Shown: positions 1 to 8,930, counted from the first letter of the stretch. The stretch: DNA of 64,000 bases from an uncultured delta proteobacterium (GCA_963706575.1 CAVPNL010000001.1:1-64000); one strand, 5' to 3'. Numbers and translations are program-made. The notes: a model not told the origin generated them from the sequence alone.

Positions 1-16
1 CTTTGATATGTTGGAG

Positions 17-30
17 CTGTACGACATAAA
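17..30. repeat. Left terminal inverted repeat of the dual-recombinase element
   Basis: Perfect 14-bp inverse of 2111-2124; a second 11-bp inverted pair CTGTTTTTTCT (33-43) / AGAAAAAACAG (2060-2070) lies subterminally. Confidence 0.9.
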
Positions 31-70
31 GTCTGTTTTTTCTATTAATATTAATTAGTTAGCTTCCATT

Positions 71-991
71 TTAATTAATCAAAATTTCTTCTTTGTCAAG
101 TCTTTTGTTTCCGACCGGGCTGTGGCGCTCGATCACTTTATCCATTGCCTGGTAGTAATCCCTTCGCACTTTCTGGTTCGACACACGGCAATACCGCTCG
201 GTTGTTGTGATGTAGGCGTGGCCCAAAAGGTCCTGGATGGTCACTAAATCCGCATCGGCATTGAGCATCTGGGTGGCCATGGTGTGGCGCAGCTGGTGGC
301 AGGTGACCTTAAAGCCGGCCTTTTTCGAGTAGTATTTCATACGGTGCTGGATGCCGCGAACGTTGAGCGGTTGGCCTCTAAAGCGGCCCTTGTTGACCAA
401 AAAAAGCCTTTTGGCCCGGGAGAAAGGCCTGACCTTCAGATAGGCCAAAAGCGCCTGATAGGCATCTTTGCTTAAATAAACCATCCGTTCTTTGGCGCCC
501 TTGCCATGGTAGACAAACACCTGGGCGCGTTTTAAATCCACAGAGGCAAGAGTCAACTTGGCCACCTCTTGCACCCTAAGGCCGCAGCGCAGCATCAGCT
601 TGAAGATGGCCAAATCCCTTGGATCATCGATCTGTGCAAAAAGCGTCCGCACCTGCTCATCTCGCAAAAAGCGCGGCAGTGGCTTGGACATGCGCAGTGT
701 ATCTCCGAGTTTCACCGGATTTTGCATCTTAAGTTGCTCCTCACAGATCAGGTAGTCATAGAAGCCGCGGATGCTGTCCAGGTAGCAGTTGATGGTCTTG
801 GGTTTCAGGCGCTTGGCCAACAGATCATCGATAAAGCCCACCAGCTTTTGGTGGGTTACCTTATCGATGGGCACATCCAGCCAAATGACAAACTGCTTCA
901 GTGTGCTCATGTAATTTCTGATGGTGTATTTAGAGAAGTTGCGCCTTTTTAACGATCTACGGTAGTTGATAATCGAGTCGGTAATGCCCAT
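71..991 (-). CDS. Tyrosine-type recombinase/integrase (XerC/D-like), second gene of pair
   Basis: Catalytic motifs RCGLRVQE, HGKG, HQLRH, LLGH, TERY intact; N-terminal SAM-like domain; ATG at 991 preceded by GGAG. Confidence 0.93.
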   Translation of the reverse strand: MGITDSIINYRRSLKRRNFSKYTIRNYMSTLKQFVIWLDVPIDKVTHQKLVGFIDDLLAKRLKPKTINCYLDSIRGFYDYLICEEQLKMQNPVKLGDTLRMSKPLPRFLRDEQVRTLFAQIDDPRDLAIFKLMLRCGLRVQEVAKLTLASVDLKRAQVFVYHGKGAKERMVYLSKDAYQALLAYLKVRPFSRAKRLFLVNKGRFRGQPLNVRGIQHRMKYYSKKAGFKVTCHQLRHTMATQMLNADADLVTIQDLLGHAYITTTERYCRVSNQKVRRDYYQAMDKVIERHSPVGNKRLDKEEILIN

Positions 992-2036
992 TGATCTCTC
1001 CTGCTTCAATGATGGTCATCGCCTGGTAATAAGCCTTGCGACGCGTGTTGTCGGTTAGCCGCGCATATCGGCGCGTCATCTCAATGCTTTTGTGACCCAA
1101 AAGCTCCTGCAGACATTGCAGCGGCATACCGGCATTTAACAGCTCACTGGCGTATGTGTGACGCAGGCAGTGAAGCGTGTAGCCCTTGTGGGCCAGACCG
1201 GTTTTGTCTATATAGCGTTTGAACATCGCACGGGCCGCTTGGTAGCAAAGCGGTCCAACATCATAGCCATAAAAGATAAATTTGCTCTGATATTTTCTTG
1301 TCTTTAACCATTTTTCCAAGGTGCCCACCGCATCAGCGCTAAGATAGACCACCCGGCCCACCCGATTTTTATGTGCTTCAAAGATCTGAACCAGTTGCTC
1401 GCGCAGATTGATATCCTTAACCCTGGTGCTTAAAAGCTCGCCGATACGCATGCCGGTGCGAAGAAGCGTTAGTATCAGCGCCCGATCCCGAGGCTTTTCT
1501 ATTGCCGCCAACAGCTGCTTAATATCCTCCGGATCAATGGCCCGCGGCAGGGCCTGGGGCACCCTGATGCGAAGCTTACGCTTGATCACATCCGCGCTGA
1601 TAACCTCGTGCTCAACTAAAAAATTTAAAAACGCATACAATCCCTTTAGCCGTCCATCCACCGAGTTTGGCGCCATACCACGATCTTGCTCATGTTCAAC
1701 AAAAGCGCTGATATGCTCTGGACCTGCTGCCGCCAACTGCTGACCGCCGCTTTGCTTAAAAAACTCTAAAAATAGCACGATAGTGGTTCCGCTGCTGCGA
1801 ATGGTGCTGGGCCGGCAGTTGTGCCGTAGCTGCCGGCAAAGGTAATCGCGCACCATATCGCTGCCACACAACCCTTCAGCGGATATTCGCCGCAGGGTGC
1901 GCTCGATCTGTTCATTAGATACATGATAGGCGGGGCGAAGAGATATTTTGGGAAAAATTGAAAGTTGAATCGCTTTGGGCTGGATCGCTGTGGGGCTGTA
2001 TGTGCTTTTTCCTGCAGACACATGCTCGAGGTTCAT
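957..2036 (-). CDS. Tyrosine-type recombinase/integrase, first gene of pair
   Basis: Motifs RTGMRIGE, HCLRH, LLGH, TRRY intact; AGGAGG RBS upstream of ATG 2036 (GTG 2039 alternative); overlaps downstream recombinase by 35 nt. Confidence 0.93.
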   Translation of the reverse strand: MNLEHVSAGKSTYSPTAIQPKAIQLSIFPKISLRPAYHVSNEQIERTLRRISAEGLCGSDMVRDYLCRQLRHNCRPSTIRSSGTTIVLFLEFFKQSGGQQLAAAGPEHISAFVEHEQDRGMAPNSVDGRLKGLYAFLNFLVEHEVISADVIKRKLRIRVPQALPRAIDPEDIKQLLAAIEKPRDRALILTLLRTGMRIGELLSTRVKDINLREQLVQIFEAHKNRVGRVVYLSADAVGTLEKWLKTRKYQSKFIFYGYDVGPLCYQAARAMFKRYIDKTGLAHKGYTLHCLRHTYASELLNAGMPLQCLQELLGHKSIEMTRRYARLTDNTRRKAYYQAMTIIEAGEINGHYRLDYQLP

Positions 2037-2074
2037 CACTACCTCCTTTCGCTTTTTGCAGAAAAAACAGGTAG

Positions 2075-2103
2075 ATAATGACCTCGATCGACTGTTTAGT
2101 CAA
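2075..2103 (-). promoter_or_regulatory. Putative sigma70 promoter for the recombinase pair
   Basis: Minus strand TTGACT-17 nt-CATTAT just inside the right IR. Confidence 0.45.
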
Positions 2104-2110
2104 TTATCAT

Positions 2111-2124
2111 TTTATGTCGTACAG
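2111..2124. repeat. Right terminal inverted repeat of the dual-recombinase element
   Basis: TTTATGTCGTACAG followed by GTTGGAG. Confidence 0.9.
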
Positions 2125-2482
2125 GTTGGAGTAATCGCAACTTTTGAACTGAAACTTGATACCACAAGATGTTGGATATGGCCAAAATAATTGAAAGCGT
2201 GGATTCAAAATGACAAACGACGCTTTCTAATTGATTGGTTTGAGTGAACATCGATAGCCGTAAAACTTCAGATTTATATAAATAAAACATACATTATGTA
2301 TTGTTGACTTTTTCAGCTTAGATTGGATTTATAAAAGATAATTAATACTAATTCGAGCCGGAGTACCTGAGGCTACACCTGTGTACATTCTAAATAATCT
2401 TCTTTGTCCTTGTTTAGGTTTTCCCTGACTTTTGATTGATTACCTACAATCGCTCTAAGCAATGGCTGACGGATACTTAAAG

Positions 2483-3658
2483 TTAACGGGCCTTTTCAAG
2501 ATTACTCGTAATAACGCTCAGAAGATCATTGATAAGCAACAGGAGATAGAACTCCTTTTGCTGCTCACGGTTACTAATTAGTCCAATACTTACACCGTAT
2601 TCAGGTAAGTACCAAATAAACGCAAAGTAACCAAGCGCGTTACCAGCATGTCCCCAAATTTCTAAGCCGTTGAAAAAACGAGGTGTATATCTCGTGACTC
2701 CAAAGCCATACCCGGCAAGGATAGGGCTACCATGCACGGGTGAATGAAAATCAAGCATTTGGTCGAGAGATCCCTTTTTGAGTACTCTACCCTCGTGAAA
2801 TAGAGCATGGGTCCACTTTGCCAGATCTTCTGAAGTTGAAAAAACTCCGCCGGCGGCCCAAAATAAGCTATAAAGAGCTGTTCTTGGGAAGACTGAAAAA
2901 TCGTCAAGAACTTTATCCCCATCGAGGTCAATCCAGCCGTGGGCAATATTTTCGGGAAGCACTTCCTCAACGGCAAAAAAAGTGTTGTCGAGATCCAGAG
3001 GATTCCAAAAGCGATTCCTGAGTTCAGTGGATAACTTTGATCCGGTTGCTTTATTGATAATCATTCCAAGCAGAATGTAGCCGGTGTTGGAATAGTGCCA
3101 GCCTGTCCCTTTGGGGAAATGTGGTTTGCGCACCAAGGTTATTAGTACCTCTTTGGGAGTCCAGAATCTCCCCGGGTCTTTAAGAATTGGGCGAATAGCT
3201 GAGGGGCCTTGAAGACTGTAGAGGCCACTGGTGTGGTTAAGTAGCTGTCGGATGGTAATTGTGTTGTCAATGTTTGGATAGTCCGGGAGCCATTTATGGA
3301 GCGGGTCATCCAAAGCGAGCAGGCCCTCTTCCACCAGTCTGAGAGTTAGCGCAGCCACGAAGTTCTTTGTAATGCTGCCAGCATCAAACACTGTATCCGG
3401 CTTTATTGGAGTTGTATCATGAGACACGCCACTTACGCCGACCCACGGTTTGTATCCTGGGACAATTACAGCGACTGAAATCCCCTTTCCGTTGTACTTT
3501 TTAAGACCATTAACCAGTACTTCTTGCATCTTCTTGGTAAATGGCAGTTCGGGTTGAGACTTTGGCTTTGCTGATACCGCAGGACTAACGGAGAATGCTG
3601 TCAAAGCCAAAACGGTACTCAACAACAAAACTCGTGTTAAAAGCTTATTGAAAGACAT
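2483..3658 (-). CDS. Secreted serine hydrolase, beta-lactamase/D-Ala-D-Ala carboxypeptidase family
   Basis: Signal peptide; GSITK (SxxK), LLNHTSG, HYSN, GHAG motifs. Confidence 0.9.
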   Translation of the reverse strand: MSFNKLLTRVLLLSTVLALTAFSVSPAVSAKPKSQPELPFTKKMQEVLVNGLKKYNGKGISVAVIVPGYKPWVGVSGVSHDTTPIKPDTVFDAGSITKNFVAALTLRLVEEGLLALDDPLHKWLPDYPNIDNTITIRQLLNHTSGLYSLQGPSAIRPILKDPGRFWTPKEVLITLVRKPHFPKGTGWHYSNTGYILLGMIINKATGSKLSTELRNRFWNPLDLDNTFFAVEEVLPENIAHGWIDLDGDKVLDDFSVFPRTALYSLFWAAGGVFSTSEDLAKWTHALFHEGRVLKKGSLDQMLDFHSPVHGSPILAGYGFGVTRYTPRFFNGLEIWGHAGNALGYFAFIWYLPEYGVSIGLISNREQQKEFYLLLLINDLLSVITSNLEKAR

Positions 3659-3927
3659 ATCTGTACCTCTTTATTGAAAAATATCAATAAATTGTTCAGA
3701 GTCAGCCTCAGAATTTAAAGAAACTTGTACCAACTGAAATATCCTAAAATTCCAGAATACTAATGCTATTGTTCAATATAGGGGTCAGTACAGAAACGAG
3801 CAATGCTTGCCGCTGTCTGCACTGATAACTGTCAAAAAAATAATGCAGCTTGCGGTCGATAGTCTTCAGACAGAAGAAATAAGGCTGGCACAACATCTGG
3901 TGGTCGTTCTTTTATGTTAAAATTACG

Positions 3928-3944
3928 GATACATTGAGAGTATC
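3928..3944 (+). repeat. Putative recombination site GATAC-ATTGAGA-GTATC
   Basis: Perfect 5-bp inverted arms around a 7-bp core that recurs in the same orientation at 4285, 6843, 7708, 10586, 10887, 12665. Confidence 0.65.
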
Positions 3945-4004
3945 ACCAAAACAAGGAACTTGTGATATTATCCCCATTTTCTGAGAACAGTATCTCAATA
4001 ATAG

Positions 4005-4169
4005 TTAACTTTTTTTTGAAGTTACCGTCTGAAAGGATGAAATTTGTTGCTTCAATTTTTTGGCTTTACACTTTGGGCAACTGTATTTTTTCTTTTCATA
4101 TTCGGAAATAGAAAGGACTATGCTAAAGGATTTTTTACATTTTTCACAGTAAAACTCATATGTGGGCAT
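4005..4169 (-). CDS. FmdB-family zinc ribbon protein
   Basis: MPTYEFYCEKC...CPKC; GGAGG RBS before ATG 4169. Confidence 0.88.
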   Translation of the reverse strand: MPTYEFYCEKCKKSFSIVLSISEYEKKKYSCPKCKAKKLKQQISSFQTVTSKKS

Positions 4170-4279
4170 GTTACACCTCCTTTTTTCAGGTGTTATACCA
4201 CCCAATAATGATGGTGATACGACATTTATGCTTGTATCAAATTATTTAATCACTGGCGAGCTCGCTACAATCACATGGT

Positions 4280-4333
4280 GATTAATTGAGAGAAACACAA
4301 CTATCGCAATTTTGCAGATACGTTCTGGATATA
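4280..4333 (+). repeat. Composite intergenic repeat (ATTGAGA core + GTTCTGG core), homologous to 12660-12723
   Basis: GATTAATTGAGAGAAACACAACTATC...CAGATACGTTCTGGATATA vs GATACATTGAGAAACAAACAACTATC...CAGATAGAATCTGGTTACA. Confidence 0.6.
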
Positions 4334-4378
4334 TGAACCTCACCATGCAACCAACCGTCTTTTCTAAGTTTTGTCATC

Positions 4379-4443
4379 TGTGATTAAAATCGAATATCGC
4401 AGGAATTTTCAGAATTGATATCTACCGAATTGTTGGAGTTATC
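4379..4443 (+). repeat. 65-bp composite repeat (AAATCGA core + GTTGGAG core), copy 1
   Basis: 56/65 identical by manual count to 8534-8598. Confidence 0.8.
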
Positions 4444-4453
4444 AAAGGATTCC

Positions 4454-5536
4454 CTACCTATTTAATAAATAGGATGCTAAATCATCAAATAGAAATGAAT
4501 CAACAGACCTATGCCGTTTAAAAGAGACAGATGGTTCTGGGTCAGGTTCTGCTTGAGTGACAAGTACAGCACTCACATCAGGTATAATTGCTATTCGCTG
4601 TCCTCCGTGGCCCATTGCAAATGGAATATCAATATGGTTTTCTATTCGTTTAATCCACCAAAGGAAGCCATAGCCATATGATTTATTCCAGCCTGAATAA
4701 TAAGTACCTATCATTCCGGTTCTTTCAATTATTGATGACTTAATCCATTCTGATGGTACGACCTGACTCCCATTAAAGAGTCCATTGTTCAAATAAAGAG
4801 TACCAAAGTTTACCATGTCTTGAGCTTTCAGAGACAATCCCCAACCGCCAATACAATATCCCTTTGGATCTTTTTCCCATTTGACTTTAGTAATGCCAAG
4901 GGGTGAAAATAGAACAGATTTTGCATAATCAAAGGTACTCATGCCGGTAGCCTTGGTGATCGTCGCTGATAAGAGATGAGTGTTAAAACTATTGTAGCTG
5001 AATTTTTTTCCAGGGGCTGCTCTAAACGGAAAATGAAGGATATGCTCTACCCAATCAGTCGATTTGTATAATTGCTGATAGGCCTGAGCGGTTTCCTCAA
5101 TGTTGAAACCTGATTTCATAGTTATCAGGTGCCTAATTCTAAGATCATATATTTTAGGATCTAACTCATCGGTGATGTATTCAGGGAAAAAATCAATGAT
5201 CTTTTGCTCTATGCTGTTTATATACCCATCCTTTATTGCGATACCCACAATGGCAGACAAAACACTTTTCGAAGCAGATCGGATATCATGAATTTGATCG
5301 GGACCGCCGCCATTGATATACTTTTCGATTATCAATTCATCATTTTTCAAAACTATCAGACTTTTTAAATAGGGCATTTCATCAGTCTTACGCAATATTT
5401 TGGAAAGATTGTCGGATTTAGTTACAATTTTGCTTAATGATTTGTCCGTTTCTGTTTGTCCGATGGTGCAACAATAAAGTGTGAAGCTAAAGGTAGTCAT
5501 TAAGAGAAAAAAAAGTTCTAAATTTAGCTTTTTCAT
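4454..5536 (-). CDS. Serine hydrolase, beta-lactamase class C-like (6-aminohexanoate-dimer hydrolase-like)
   Basis: RSASK (SxxK), HLITMKSG, FSYNS, YGYGFLWW, AMGHGGQ. Confidence 0.9.
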   Translation of the reverse strand: MKKLNLELFFLLMTTFSFTLYCCTIGQTETDKSLSKIVTKSDNLSKILRKTDEMPYLKSLIVLKNDELIIEKYINGGGPDQIHDIRSASKSVLSAIVGIAIKDGYINSIEQKIIDFFPEYITDELDPKIYDLRIRHLITMKSGFNIEETAQAYQQLYKSTDWVEHILHFPFRAAPGKKFSYNSFNTHLLSATITKATGMSTFDYAKSVLFSPLGITKVKWEKDPKGYCIGGWGLSLKAQDMVNFGTLYLNNGLFNGSQVVPSEWIKSSIIERTGMIGTYYSGWNKSYGYGFLWWIKRIENHIDIPFAMGHGGQRIAIIPDVSAVLVTQAEPDPEPSVSFKRHRSVDSFLFDDLASYLLNR

Positions 5537-5550
5537 CCTACCTGCCCAAT

Positions 5551-6810
5551 TTAGATAATTGAAGGCAATTCGATCTTTCCTGAATAGTATTGCTTTATTT
5601 TTTCAGATATTTTTAATAATTGCGTCTGTGGATGTATGTGTGGGACTTCTGCGGTTGAAACTAACAAAATTGCGCTTTTTTTATTTAGATCCGCAACAAC
5701 TTGGGCATTAAAAGCGAATCCTCTGCCGCCGTGCCATATTAATTTGTGTCCATTCTCATCGGTTTTGGTAAACCACCCCAGCGCATAATTAAAACCAAGG
5801 TCGATATCAATATCCCAAGTCGCCAAATCAGGAGGCGTATGTAACTTTTGCAATGAGCTTGGTTTTATCAAACTACCTTGGTTTACCGGGTCTGAATCCA
5901 GATGCATTAAAATGGATTTTGCCCAATCCGCCATTGTCATGTGCATATGACCAGTAGGTGATAAAAATTTTGGACAATTCGCTTGGTAAGCCACAAAGGA
6001 TTTTGTTGACTTATCCCAGTAATGTCCCAAAGGTTGCTTGTTTGGCTCTAAAGCTGTCGGCGGTCCATACCCTGCGGAGGAAATAGATAAAGGCCTAAAT
6101 ATTTTTTCTGTCCAAAGATCCTCAATTGCTCTTCCTGTGGCTTTCTCCATCATTGCTCCTGTCAGAATATAGCCACTGTTGGAGTAATGGACCATTTGAC
6201 CTGGTGGTGCAAATAATTGATGTTGAACCGTCTTTTCTACATACTGGCATCGTAATTGTTCGGGTGCCGACCCGCGCGCTTCATCGAACTCATAGTCAAT
6301 CAGCCAGGTTGTTTTACCACCTTTGAAATTTTTAGGTAGTCCGGCGCGATGAGACAGTAATTGATATAATGTGATATGTTCATATTCTGGAAGCATTTCC
6401 AGGTCAGGAAATACGTTGCGAATTGTTGTCTGCCAACTCAAAACGCCTTCATCCACCAATACTGCAGCCAGGCTGGCAGTAAATGATTTTGTACAAGATC
6501 CGATTAGAAATTTATCATTTACTGTTAACCAATTATCCGTTCCAATTTCTCGGACGCCTACAGCAGCAGCGGAATGAAGTTTACCATCAACGATGATAGC
6601 TGCTGCCAATCCGGGTAGTCTTTCTTCAAGCCTGATAGAATTAAGCAATTCTGCAAGATCAGTATCACCAGATTCCTTTGTGACAGGTGCAGGAATAGCA
6701 TCATAAGGTGGTGACTTTTCGCATGCCAACATAAATACAATACATACAAATCCCAATAGAATCGAAGTTAATCGCCTATTAATATGGATGGCCATAAAAA
6801 TTTTTTTCAT
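5551..6810 (-). CDS. Serine hydrolase, beta-lactamase family, probable lipoprotein
   Basis: MLAC lipobox-like; GSCTK, LLSHRAG, HYSN, WHGG. Confidence 0.9.
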   Translation of the reverse strand: MKKIFMAIHINRRLTSILLGFVCIVFMLACEKSPPYDAIPAPVTKESGDTDLAELLNSIRLEERLPGLAAAIIVDGKLHSAAAVGVREIGTDNWLTVNDKFLIGSCTKSFTASLAAVLVDEGVLSWQTTIRNVFPDLEMLPEYEHITLYQLLSHRAGLPKNFKGGKTTWLIDYEFDEARGSAPEQLRCQYVEKTVQHQLFAPPGQMVHYSNSGYILTGAMMEKATGRAIEDLWTEKIFRPLSISSAGYGPPTALEPNKQPLGHYWDKSTKSFVAYQANCPKFLSPTGHMHMTMADWAKSILMHLDSDPVNQGSLIKPSSLQKLHTPPDLATWDIDIDLGFNYALGWFTKTDENGHKLIWHGGRGFAFNAQVVADLNKKSAILLVSTAEVPHIHPQTQLLKISEKIKQYYSGKIELPSII

Positions 6811-6837
6811 AGTATTTCAGCCCGGATCCGGAATGCA

Positions 6838-6984
6838 GATACATTGAGAATACATGAAATATCGTAAAATTGCAGATATCGCAATCTGATATCATAGTCT
6901 TTTAGGGATGGTAAGTTCTGCATTGATGTTAGAGATATCGGCAGTTTTTTGGTTTGAAAATATTTTAGATTTCCATGAGATATC
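6838..6984 (+). repeat. Composite intergenic repeat (ATTGAGA, GTTAGAG and CCATGAG cores)
   Basis: GATAC-ATTGAGA-ATACA (6838), TTGAT-GTTAGAG-ATATC (6923), GATTT-CCATGAG-ATATC (6968); aligns with 7703-7800 and 10882-10977. Confidence 0.6.
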
Positions 6985-7107
6985 TGCAACTATTTTCGAC
7001 TGTCCCTTCACAGACAGAATCTAATAAAAATCTATTAAATCGGATACCACAACATAAAGGGGATAAGCAAAACTTCAGAATGTTAAAATTGTTATAGACA
7101 ATACTGG

Positions 7108-7560
7108 TTATGTATTTATGTCCTCAATACGTTTTATGTTCTCAACAATCTCTGCCGGAAGTGAAGTCTTTTGGTTTTTCCTGTAATCGAAGCAGACAAT
7201 CATACCGTCGCCTTCCGCCGCCACACAATTGTGTTTTTTGCTGACAACTCGATAGAGCATTAAAAAACTGTCCTCCTCTATATCGGTCGAACGTGCGCCG
7301 ATCTGAACCATGTCTGGGAACGATAAGGCTTTTTTAAATCGGCAGCTTGTTTTCGACAAAATGGGCCCGACACCGATGTTTTCCTTTAATTTTATAAACT
7401 CTATTTTTTCAAAATAGGCGATACGAGCACTTTCGAAATACCGGAAATATACAATATTGTTAACATGGCCAAATGCATCCATTTCACCCCAGGCAACCGG
7501 CACTTCAATGGTAACAGGAAAATTGGTTAAAAAAGATTTACTAGTGTTATCCGCTATCAT
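7108..7560 (-). CDS. Acyl-CoA thioesterase (4HBT/YbgC hot-dog family)
   Basis: VAWGEMDAFGHVNNIVYFRYFESAR. Confidence 0.92.
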   Translation of the reverse strand: MIADNTSKSFLTNFPVTIEVPVAWGEMDAFGHVNNIVYFRYFESARIAYFEKIEFIKLKENIGVGPILSKTSCRFKKALSFPDMVQIGARSTDIEEDSFLMLYRVVSKKHNCVAAEGDGMIVCFDYRKNQKTSLPAEIVENIKRIEDINT

Positions 7561-7702
7561 TTCAAATCCTCAAGTCTAAAGTTAACAAGCTATGTGTAAA
7601 ATGGAATCACAAAAGAAATTTGAAAAAGTAATGTGAAGCCCCATTGCTCATGAACAAATCGATGGGCTTTTTCAAATTAGATTCACGATTCTAATAACTA
7701 CT

Positions 7703-7800
7703 GATATATTGAGAATACCTGAAAAAGACCAAAAGAGCAGATATGCGAATGTATCACAAGTTTTTAAAGGATTCAAAAGTGCTGCTATGTTGAAGAGTAA
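7703..7800 (+). repeat. ~100-bp composite repeat (ATTGAGA core ... GTTGAAG core)
   Basis: 7703-7766 is 56/64 identical by manual count to 10882-10945. Confidence 0.8.
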
Positions 7801-7805
7801 TCTGG

Positions 7806-8342
7806 TTACGCCTTTGAAGCTCCGAATCCCCCTGCCAACCAAAAAAACAAAGCGAAAATGACGGTCTGAACGATCCAGCCGATGATACAGACACCGACTG
7901 CTCGCCAAGTACTTTTATAATCAAGCGCCTGCCTGACAGCAATGACCATCGCCACCAGCATCCAGATACCAACGATGAAATTAAGAATAGCCCCCAACAT
8001 GGGGATAATTGCCAAAATACGCAGGACTCCCGGAGAACTGGAGAATCCGATGGTGCGGAGCAATTCCCCATAATCTGCTCTTGTTTGTGGTTCAGGTAAC
8101 AGTCTGGTTCCAATAAAATATGTAAGAAACGCCCAAATAAACCATCCCAGCAAGGCAGCTATGGTCCCGAAAATAAGTCCATTTATCCCTGTAGCGCTGA
8201 TAGTTCCGATTCCTGCAGCAACACTGGAGAGAATGACCACTCCCATGGCCTGCCCCATGGCCCCCTTATCCGCTTCGACCTCTTCATAAAGGGCTACATC
8301 CAGCTTTGCTGCCCTTAACATCCGATCTGTAAATGATGCCAT
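7806..8342 (-). CDS. YIP1-family membrane protein
   Basis: MASFTDRMLRAAKLDVALYEEVEAD..., five hydrophobic segments, AVRQALD. Confidence 0.8.
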   Translation of the reverse strand: MASFTDRMLRAAKLDVALYEEVEADKGAMGQAMGVVILSSVAAGIGTISATGINGLIFGTIAALLGWFIWAFLTYFIGTRLLPEPQTRADYGELLRTIGFSSSPGVLRILAIIPMLGAILNFIVGIWMLVAMVIAVRQALDYKSTWRAVGVCIIGWIVQTVIFALFFWLAGGFGASKA

Positions 8343-8533
8343 GATTGCCCCCTTTTGCAATTCAGATTAAAATCTCAAGATTTCATTTTAAATCTTTTTG
8401 CATGTTAACATGGTCTTGTCAAAGCGAAAGTCCCATTCTTGTCATAGAAAAAATCCCCCTCCAATAAGGGGAAAATGCGGCTCTAAGGCGATAAAAAGGG
8501 CAAACCCATAGCCTCAGATTCACCCTTTTGAGT

Positions 8534-8598
8534 TGTGATTAAAATTGAATATCCAAACAATTTTCGGAATTGATATCTACCGATATGTTGGAGGTATC
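8534..8598 (+). repeat. 65-bp composite repeat (AAATTGA core + GTTGGAG core), copy 2
   Basis: GATTA-AAATTGA-ATATC and GATAT-GTTGGAG-GTATC; homologous to 4379-4443 and to the site split by the recombinase element. Confidence 0.8.
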
Positions 8599-8930
8599 GC
8601 AGGTTTTAGGCTGCAATGAAACCTGTGTTAAATAGCAGATCACACAACTATCGCTTGCTTTCAGTACCCCCTACATCTTGTGGTGGCTTAAAAACGAAAA
8701 GCGCGGTATCGAAGCTGTTTCCACGCTTTTTATCACTAATTGCACCCGAGCTGACGCGAAAAGGTGACAATGGATTGGTAGAGATAAAATAAGAAACACA
8801 TTAACGTGAGCCCGTGCTGAGACCCTGATCCATTATAGAAGCAGACATTTCAGTACTTCTCCTTTTTTCACATCCGAAATATTGCGTCTTCAATTGTACG
8901 TGTAACGGGCAAATTCATGTTTTAGAAGTA

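Larger units (their letters stand above)
10..2131 (-). mobile_element. Minimal integrative/transposable element encoding two tandem tyrosine recombinases; 14-bp terminal inverted repeats, 7-bp flanking direct repeat GTTGGAG
   Basis: CTGTACGACATAAA (17-30) is the exact reverse complement of TTTATGTCGTACAG (2111-2124). GTTGGAG occurs at 10-16 and 2125-2131. Only two recombinase ORFs lie between the ends. Confidence 0.88.

Noticed and set aside
71..2036. Housekeeping xerC/xerD or a RIT element
   Set aside because: The genes are bounded by their own IRs and direct repeats, and there is no room for a third recombinase between the ends.
3895..3922. dif/pdif site (TTATGTTAAA resembles the XerD arm)
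   Set aside because: No XerC-like arm 6 bp upstream, and the motif is not repeated as 11-6-11 sites.
8488..8522. c-di-GMP-I riboswitch (GGGCAAACCCAT...AGCCTCAG)
   Set aside because: The GNRA-capped P1 3' strand and GACGCAA are missing, and it points away from the adjacent gene; at most a remnant.
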